Origin: Myxococcota bacterium | GTDB taxonomy: Bacteria; Myxococcota_A; Polyangia; Polyangiales; Houyiibacteriaceae | Assembly: GCA_028284955.1 (NCBI GenBank) | Contig: JANQQS010000005.1 | Coordinates: 70,007-134,006 of the forward strand | Direction of reading: 5' to 3' | Length of the DNA: 64,000 nucleotides | Part shown: positions 57,578 to 64,000 of the stretch, piece after piece | How the letters are laid out: every line of letters starts with the position of its first letter | How positions within the stretch are numbered: position 1 is the stretch's first letter | Notes under the pieces: model-generated | Database searches by the model: none | Seen by the model: only the letters and a program-made list of their open reading frames with translations | Told to the model about the DNA's origin: nothing | Translations under genes and position numbers: made by a program

Positions 57578-58504
57578 TCAAAACGGATTGCAGGTTCTCG
57601 GTGCATTGTCGCAAGCTACCCCATCCGGGCAATCACTTGGTCCAGCGCATTCATAAGTACAGGCAAATCCACGCCCCATTTGCCGACACACCCCATCATC
57701 AAGCCCGGAGGCGCCACAGTCCTCGGCGACGGTATCCTCGGCGCATACCGATCCAAAACTGAGAACTGCTTCACAAGTTGTATTCGCTTCTCGAACCACG
57801 CAATAGAGCGCCTCGACTCCACCCAAACTCGTGCGCATGCGTTGAGCAAACTGTTGCGGAGGACAATTGGCGCTGGGATCGTCCAGGGCTGCTCGATGGC
57901 TTTCAAGATCGAGCATGCAGTAGTTGTCTCGTGGCATTCCGTCGAACTCGAGAGGAATACAACGAAACGTGCCAACTTGGTCGTTGCTCAGGCACTCCTC
58001 ATCCGATACGCACCGCTGGCAGAAGCCGAGCGTACCCTCGCACTCAAACGTCTCCACATTGCACACCCGGTTTACGGCAGGCCTGTCGTTTTCGATGGGG
58101 GGACATGCCGCTTCTTGAGTCGCTTCGGTACATTCGACGCACACTCCGGTGCCCGTCTCGCACACCGGCGTATCCGAAAACCGAGCGCACTGGTCGTCAT
58201 CCATGCAAGGGGAGCAAGTGTTGCTCTCGGTGTTGCACCTTGGCGCCGCAGGGTCCGTACATTGCGTATCTTGCAAACACCCGACGCATCGGTTGGTTGC
58301 TTCGTCGCAAACGGGCGTATCCCCGCTGCATCCTCCGCAAGGGCCTGCGTCCGCTTGCCCATCAGTCTGCGCATCAGCGCCAGCATCGAGCGCGAGGCAC
58401 GCTGGGTCGTTAGGTTTGGATTCGCAGAAAGGGACGCTTTCGGTGGGGCAAGCGGAGAGGAGGACAACGGGAACGAGAAAGGCGAAGGCGGGTTTAATGG
58501 TCAT
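57578..58504 (-). CDS. Cys-rich lipoprotein, tandem paralog 2
   Basis: LSAC; core near-identical to paralog 1, different N-terminus. Confidence 0.85.
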   Translation of the reverse strand: MTIKPAFAFLVPVVLLSACPTESVPFCESKPNDPACLALDAGADAQTDGQADAGPCGGCSGDTPVCDEATNRCVGCLQDTQCTDPAAPRCNTESNTCSPCMDDDQCARFSDTPVCETGTGVCVECTEATQEAACPPIENDRPAVNRVCNVETFECEGTLGFCQRCVSDEECLSNDQVGTFRCIPLEFDGMPRDNYCMLDLESHRAALDDPSANCPPQQFAQRMRTSLGGVEALYCVVREANTTCEAVLSFGSVCAEDTVAEDCGASGLDDGVCRQMGRGFACTYECAGPSDCPDGVACDNAPRTCNPF

Positions 58505-58752
58505 GATAAGTGGCTCTCTTACTGCGGGCTTCAGGGGCTGTTACGTTGGGTAGTCGAAGGTCGTTGATTCACCAATGCGCTCTGGGGGTGATCAACCGGA
58601 CCTACTTTACTTTTCTGGCCTCGGTGGCCTTATCGGGTCAAGGCGACGCCAGTTGCGTTCTATTTTGCATTTCGCGCATCGATGGCTCTATTAGCGCCCA
58701 AACCCCTGATATGTCAATGGAAAGCCGTGCGCCGGCGAAGGCTTCGATGGGT

Positions 58753-59196
58753 TTATTCCACCCAGAGTGCTTCCTTCGGAACGGCACGCACGATGTCGTT
58801 CCATGCGCCTTCGACGTCAATCGGGTGAGTCGAGACTTCGCTGAGCCATTTCAGAGCTTTTTTAGGCGCGGAGAATACTTCTTCGCGAAAGGGTTTGTCC
58901 GTGAACCAGTTGAGCGCGGTAATGACGCCTCGCATTGGGATGGAATCGGTCACGAACGCGTGCGCAACGAGCCCCGGCAAGCCACGCTCAGATTTGAACA
59001 CGTCGTTGAGCGCGCGGCGTTGCACGGCAGACGGCGGCTGTGCCTGATACGTAATCGTGAGCGCGACCTCCCCTTGTTTGGGGTTGGTTCCGATCGCCCG
59101 GATATGCTCAACGAGCTCAGCCCATTCCGAATCGCTCGCCGTTCGATACTGATATACCCACGACAACCGGGTATCTCGATTCAACCACATCGCCAT
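58753..59196 (-). CDS. STAS/SEC14(SpoIIAA)-like small protein, copy C
   Basis: PPSAVQRRAL..AHAFVTDS..RGVITALNWF..VFSAPKKALKWL. Confidence 0.78.
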   Translation of the reverse strand: MAMWLNRDTRLSWVYQYRTASDSEWAELVEHIRAIGTNPKQGEVALTITYQAQPPSAVQRRALNDVFKSERGLPGLVAHAFVTDSIPMRGVITALNWFTDKPFREEVFSAPKKALKWLSEVSTHPIDVEGAWNDIVRAVPKEALWVE

Positions 59197-59247
59197 ATAA
59201 AAACTCCACTACTCCGCTTCGCCCAAACACACCTGCGTACTACGCGC

Positions 59248-59310
59248 TTACTCCACCCAGAGCGCCTCTTCTGGCACCGTGCGCACGATTTCATTCCACA
59301 CGCGTTCGGT
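59248..59310 (-). pseudogene. Duplicated 3' tail of copy B
   Basis: ERVWNEIVRTVPEEALWVE* repeated. Confidence 0.7.
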
Positions 59311-59401
59311 GCATCACGCCGATGCGTCATCCTAGAAGATTCGCCCCATTATCGATCCCCATCAGGGAAAGTTGCGACCCGCGCATCGATTTTATTGAGA
59401 A

Positions 59402-59851
59402 TCACGCCTCCTGAGGTGATTCCCACAGCAAGTCTTCGTCCACGGCACGGACCACAGCGTTCCATACCCGCCGTACGTCCAATCCGGACTTCTTCTCAGC
59501 TAGCCAAACCAGCCCACCTATCGGATCGTCGAAGACTTTTTCTTCGAACTTCTTCGCGGAAAACCAACCGAGCGCGGTCAACACTCCGCGCGTCACCCGA
59601 GAGTTTGAAACGAAGGCATGGGCCGCTAGACGTCGCGCGCCCGATCGTTCGAGCAACTCTGCAAGCCTTTTTCTCTGAATGGCGGAGGGCGCGTCAGCCT
59701 TGTAGGTGACCGTATAGACCACCTTTCCCGTACGATTCTCAGAAAGAAACGCGCTAAGCCCTTCAATGAACGCATCCCAATCCGAGGACGCGACCCCACC
59801 GCAATGGTATGACCAAAAACAGCCGTCTACTTCTCCACTCCAAATCGACAT
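59402..59851 (-). CDS. STAS/SEC14-like small protein, copy A
   Basis: APSAIQRKRL..AHAFVSNSRVTRGVLTALGWF. Confidence 0.78.
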   Translation of the reverse strand: MSIWSGEVDGCFWSYHCGGVASSDWDAFIEGLSAFLSENRTGKVVYTVTYKADAPSAIQRKRLAELLERSGARRLAAHAFVSNSRVTRGVLTALGWFSAKKFEEKVFDDPIGGLVWLAEKKSGLDVRRVWNAVVRAVDEDLLWESPQEA

Positions 59852-59942
59852 TGCAGACCTCTCGCGCCTTCCGATTCAGACGTATCGCCATACCGAAAAC
59901 CCCGCTGCTTCGCTTCGCCCAAACACACAGGGACCAGACAAC

Positions 59943-60386
59943 TTACTCCACCCAGAGCGCCTCCTCCGGCACCGTGCGCACGATTTCATTCCACACACGC
60001 TCCGTGTCGATGGGTTGCGCCGAGACTTCGCTCAGCCATTTCAACGCGTTCTTCGGGCTTGAGAACACTTCTTCGCGAAAGGGCTTCTTGGTAACCCAGT
60101 TGACCGCGGTGATGACTCCGCGGATGCGCGCCGAATCAGTGACGAACGCGTGGCCAGCCAATCGCGAAAAACGGCGCTCGTTCAAAAAAGCATCCGAGAG
60201 AGACCGACGCTGCAACGCGGAAGGGGTCGTTGTTTTGAATGCAATAGTGAGTGCCACACCCCCGTCACCCACCGTTTTCCCAGTCTCGCGAACGAACTCT
60301 ACGTACCCCGACCAGTCGTCTTCACTACGAGGGCCGTGATGGTACGACCAAGAACAGCTCGAGGTAACGTTGAACCATATGCTCAT
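59943..60386 (-). CDS. STAS/SEC14-like small protein, copy B
   Basis: TPSALQRRSL..GHAFVTDSARIRGVITAVNWV. Confidence 0.78.
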   Translation of the reverse strand: MSIWFNVTSSCSWSYHHGPRSEDDWSGYVEFVRETGKTVGDGGVALTIAFKTTTPSALQRRSLSDAFLNERRFSRLAGHAFVTDSARIRGVITAVNWVTKKPFREEVFSSPKNALKWLSEVSAQPIDTERVWNEIVRTVPEEALWVE

Positions 60387-60524
60387 GCGACGATGTCCTA
60401 GTCTGAGTGCGCCGCGGATACCGTACTATGACAGGTACTGTGCGAACGCTTGAGACCTTATCGTGCACATTCGCTGCGAGTTGCGAAAAAAAGCAACCTC
60501 GTTGGCCCTACCCGCCAACCCTAT

Positions 60525-60822
60525 TGCACGAAAAATCGACCGAGCGCGGTCAACACTCCGCGCGTCACCCGAGAATTTGAAAATGAAGGCTTGGGCCGCC
60601 TGACGTCGCGCGCTCGATCGTTCGAGCAGCTCCGTGAGCCTTTTTCTCTAGATGGCGGAACGCGCATCAGCCTTGTAGGTGACCGTATAAACCACCTTTC
60701 CGTGCGATTTCAGAGAGAAACGCGCTGTGCCCCTCGACGCACACATCCCAATCCAAGGACGCGACCTCATCCCAGTGGTACGGCCAGAAACAGCTGTCTA
60801 CTTCTCCACGCCAAATCGACAT
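60525..60822 (-). pseudogene. Frameshifted, truncated duplicate of copy A
   Basis: ATG at 60822 MSIWRGEVDSCFW..; frameshift after FLSE; CAG>TAG stop. Confidence 0.8.
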
Positions 60823-60899
60823 TGCAAACTTCTCGCGCCTCCAGACTCACACGCGCTTGCCTGCGTAATCACCCCTGCGTCGATCCGCAAGGTGTGAAA

Positions 60900-61655
60900 T
60901 CAGGCGCGTATGAGCTCTTGTTTGGCAATGCGCAAACAATCGCCAAGAAATCCCGTATACGCCTCAAGCGCTTTGCTGCCTGTATCAGCAAGAACTTCGA
61001 CGGCGTCTTCATTTTTCGCAAGGAACGCCTCCAGCTCTCGCTCGTTGTACGCGGTGTGGCCGACGTCGAGTGCAACGTGCTCTTCAATGAAACTCATGCA
61101 GGAAGCGATATCGTCTCCCAGTTTTCTCTTGAGCTGGCCAACCAGCTTAGGACCCAAGGATACAGAAAGTCCTTCTATTTCATACTCGATAGCGATCTGG
61201 GCAAACGGGTGGTCGCTTCGAATCACTGACTCGTGGAGCTCGATATAGTCTTTCATCGAATCGGTTGGTGGCTGAGCTACGAGCGGTGCCACAACGAGCT
61301 TTGGTTCGTACTTCTCGTTCCAGCGTTTGGTCAATCGCTCCGCATCTTCGAGCATCATCTTGTGGTGGCCTGCTTCGTGGGAGCTATGGCGTATTAGACC
61401 GTTGCCTAGTTCTGCGTGGCCGAGCTCTACGCAACGTTGGCCGGCACGAGAAATCCACTTGTCGACCGGTTCGGTCATCTGAACGCCCAGAGCACTGAAC
61501 TGAATCAAGAAACCCTCCAGGAGCTTAGGAGAAGTCTTCTTGTTCAGTATCTCGCGAATTGCCTCATCGCGAAGGACCTGCTCCCGCGCCGCACGCACTC
61601 GTGGTTCGTACGCATTGCGGATTCTCTCGTGCTCTTTCTTCATGCCTTCCCCCAA
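60900..61655 (-). CDS. Heme-oxygenase-like diiron oxidase (HDO; CADD/PqqC/UndA-like fold)
   Basis: Candidate ligands HEAGH, EYEIE, FIEEHVALDVGH; helical, 251 aa. Confidence 0.82.
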   Translation of the reverse strand: MGEGMKKEHERIRNAYEPRVRAAREQVLRDEAIREILNKKTSPKLLEGFLIQFSALGVQMTEPVDKWISRAGQRCVELGHAELGNGLIRHSSHEAGHHKMMLEDAERLTKRWNEKYEPKLVVAPLVAQPPTDSMKDYIELHESVIRSDHPFAQIAIEYEIEGLSVSLGPKLVGQLKRKLGDDIASCMSFIEEHVALDVGHTAYNERELEAFLAKNEDAVEVLADTGSKALEAYTGFLGDCLRIAKQELIRA

Positions 61656-61690
61656 TCAATCATCGTGATTTTCAAAACAGCTTGTTCAGT

Positions 61691-63421
61691 TTACGCGACC
61701 GGTGTCTGCGCCGCGTCCGCGCGCGTAGCTTTCATTTCCCCAAAACGAAAATCAACGAAATCTTCGTAACATCTGAGGGCTCGTTTAGACCAGATCACAG
61801 ATCCCATAGTCTCCGCCAAACGCAAGCGTGAACCATCTCCCACATTGACGGTTTTCGGTGGCGCAACAATGAGCGGCACTTCAATTTCCTGGCGCGTGTA
61901 GAACGCTTCGATCGCCCGTAGAACACGCGCGTGGTTTTCGGGTGGAAGCTCTATTCCTCGATCGTTTAGATAGAGCTGAGCTTGGTTGAATATGTTGAAC
62001 AGAGATAGTGCCTTGGAGCCAGTCTCGCACAACACGAAACCTATCTTTTCTCCGTCCATGACGACCGTTTTTACGTTCCGGAAACGATTGTATTTCCGAG
62101 CGAGCGACGTAGGGTGAATGAGGGGTCCATTCAACTGCGCTTCGGATAGGTCAAACGCATCGATCGCCAGCTGGGGAAGCACCTGTCGCATCCGCGCGAC
62201 CACGCTTGCCAGATCTTCCGCGCTCGCTTCTTCTAGGTATACGTCGTCGCATGATTTGATCTCGCAGTCTGGTTCATCGTGCGCTTCGAATCGGTCCCAC
62301 TTCACCAATACGGAGTCGCTCGGCTCAGTCCATTGAACAAACGACTCAAAGTAGGCCTGGTGCCACGGCCGCGATCGATTGAAATACCCATACAAGTACG
62401 TGGGCTCTGTTCCCAGCAGCCTCGGCCACACAGCGAAATATCGATAGAGCGCTTGCCGACATTCCATCGATTCATCGTGGCCGCGAAGCGTTGCCAGTTG
62501 ATGCCCCAGCCACGCCTTCGAATACCCCCGGGTGACCGACACGTGACCGAGCAACTCGTCATCACGGGAACGATAGAGCACATCCGTGGACACCTTGTCG
62601 GACCAAGACGCGCCGTACCACTGAGGGCTGGGGTTACAGCTACTTCGCAGATCAAGGTAGCCCGAACGATCAAACAACTTCTCGATCGCTGTGGAAGTAA
62701 ACGAGCGGCGAGGCGCGAGCGAAGGAAACAACTGCGCCTGATAAGCCCTTGCCAAAGCAGTGTCGCTGCCATTAATCTCGGAAAGTCGAACTCCGCATTC
62801 ACCGTCCGATTGATGTGCCAGCGTTGCGAAGCATTCGACACGCTCAGATCGGCCGAGCTGCAGCGTCGCTTCCAGCGTAGTCTCGGCCGGCGGCACAAGA
62901 CTACGACCCACACGGAATCGAGCACCCGAAGGACTCAGATCAACAACTTCCCATTCGCCTCTCGAACCGGAACCGGAGATCGACGACCACTGGATTTGCA
63001 ACGAAACGCTCGCATCATGAATCGCAACTCTGCGATCCTGTCGACGGCACACGCAGTGAACCGAGCTTGGGCTGCGCAATAGAACCTGTCCGTTTCGGTC
63101 GAGATCGAACACGCCACCAATTTCGAAACGAACCCCATGCAAGTCGGCGATCACCTTCCCTTTAAGGGGAAAGGACGAAGAGAGTTCGTCAAATGAAGAG
63201 CCAAGCGTCTCAAGAGCAAGCTGCTTGGTCGAGCTGGCATAGCTGGCGCATCGAACTGGTAGAAGTAGACGCTGTGTCTCCAGCAACGCTTCGCAGCGCT
63301 GCTCGGAGCAACGCGTAAGAATCATTTCGACATCACTCTGCGAACGCAGAGGAAAAACCCCACCATACCTCGCTGCGGTCGCTCCCAACTCTTTGACCCC
63401 CCAAAAAGCTGCGGGCACCAC
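61691..63421 (-). CDS. PilZ-domain protein with C-terminal GNAT-like acyltransferase region
   Basis: RRQDRR and DLSPSG c-di-GMP motifs; LLGHVSVTRGYSKAWLGHQLA..YLYGYF GNAT-like strands (fold call is inference); start uncertain. Confidence 0.72.
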   Translation of the reverse strand: MVPAAFWGVKELGATAARYGGVFPLRSQSDVEMILTRCSEQRCEALLETQRLLLPVRCASYASSTKQLALETLGSSFDELSSSFPLKGKVIADLHGVRFEIGGVFDLDRNGQVLLRSPSSVHCVCRRQDRRVAIHDASVSLQIQWSSISGSGSRGEWEVVDLSPSGARFRVGRSLVPPAETTLEATLQLGRSERVECFATLAHQSDGECGVRLSEINGSDTALARAYQAQLFPSLAPRRSFTSTAIEKLFDRSGYLDLRSSCNPSPQWYGASWSDKVSTDVLYRSRDDELLGHVSVTRGYSKAWLGHQLATLRGHDESMECRQALYRYFAVWPRLLGTEPTYLYGYFNRSRPWHQAYFESFVQWTEPSDSVLVKWDRFEAHDEPDCEIKSCDDVYLEEASAEDLASVVARMRQVLPQLAIDAFDLSEAQLNGPLIHPTSLARKYNRFRNVKTVVMDGEKIGFVLCETGSKALSLFNIFNQAQLYLNDRGIELPPENHARVLRAIEAFYTRQEIEVPLIVAPPKTVNVGDGSRLRLAETMGSVIWSKRALRCYEDFVDFRFGEMKATRADAAQTPVA

Positions 63422-63481
63422 CAGGATCTTCGCGGAACGTACAACGATCCTTAATCCATGTGGTTACTCACCGTTCAAGGA

Positions 63482-63510
63482 CGGATACGCCTGATAGCGC
63501 TATCTGTCAA
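63482..63510 (-). promoter_or_regulatory. Sigma70-like promoter with palindromic operator in the spacer
   Basis: TTGACA-17 bp-TATCCG; GATAGCGCTATC palindrome at 63493-63504; second half-site CTGATAGCG at ~63528-63536. Confidence 0.45.
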
Positions 63511-63849
63511 CGTATCGAGGTGGTCACCGCTATCAGCAAGTAGACAACGATCCGGGACAAAGCCCATCGATACAGTGGAACATTGTCAAAAGAGGTCGTT
63601 TCGATCGCTCGTTGGTGATGTGACAGATGATGCGATCATTTGTCGGTCGCGGGCTTCGAGGCCGCACACGCCATCTCCAACGTCCGCAAATCTGACACCT
63701 TCAGTTTCTTCGAAAGTCGACGTTGAGTTTATCTCGGTCCCTCGAGCCAAATGTCACGATGCGGACGTGCACTTTGTGGCAATGCCACCGCTCTCGCAAA
63801 CCTGTCGCTCCTGGATTCCTAGCGGATTCACCGGTCCCGGTGCCGGAGT

Positions 63850-64000
63850 TTAGCCAGCTTCCTTTTCCGAAACCGAACGCCGAACACAGTCAACGCTCGC
63901 GACGATTCGGTCCGCGTCGCCCTGAAACGGGAACGGGTCGTGATTCGCAATCCACTGTGCTCCGTCTTCGACGGTGCTGACGATATTCATCGGATAGGGA
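63850..64000 (-). CDS. C-terminal end of another STAS/SEC14-like protein (partial)
   Basis: Manual translation ..PYPMNIVSTVEDGAQWIANHDPF..DRIVASVDCVRRSVSEKEAG*, parallels PF..VFS....LxWL of copies A-C. Confidence 0.55.
   Translation of the reverse strand, partial: PYPMNIVSTVEDGAQWIANHDPFPFQGDADRIVASVDCVRRSVSEKEAG

Noticed and set aside
57560-59709. Plus-strand ORFs of 335 and 399 aa
   Set aside because: Antisense to convincing paralogous minus-strand genes; no motifs

Overview
GC-rich bacterial window whose gene content (Ser/Thr kinases, MYXO-CTERM protein, many Cys-rich lipoproteins, DUF4150 PAAR-like genes) points to Myxococcota, probably Polyangia-like (inference). No housekeeping genes, rRNA, intact tRNA or CRISPR array were seen. 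The left 40 kb is dominated by secreted and lipoprotein genes; at least ten orphan lipoproteins share an acidic tether after the lipidated Cys that ends in Lys. It also holds a candidate new RiPP-type locus: a HAD-LysR fusion regulator, a 50-aa double-glycine-leader peptide, a PaaK/ANL-family adenylating enzyme and a Na+/solute symporter (10.8-16.7 kb). A structured REP-like repeat family with covarying hairpins occurs at 9.2 and 24 kb. The right 24 kb is a duplication-rich conflict/accessory region. It contains divergent FG-GAP paralogs, two inverted zincin + membrane-partner pairs around a MITE-disrupted Rpn-like gene with an intact internal antitoxin-type start, a PAAR-like REase toxin/immunity pair, inverted tRNA-fMet 3' scars, a fused PARIS-like ATPase-TOPRIM gene and tandem Cys-rich lipoproteins. 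It ends with a PilZ-GNAT + heme-oxygenase-like diiron oxidase pair flanked by a shuffled array of STAS/SEC14-like small proteins, a candidate signal-synthesis and sensing system. All domain calls come from motif recognition by eye; no searches were run.
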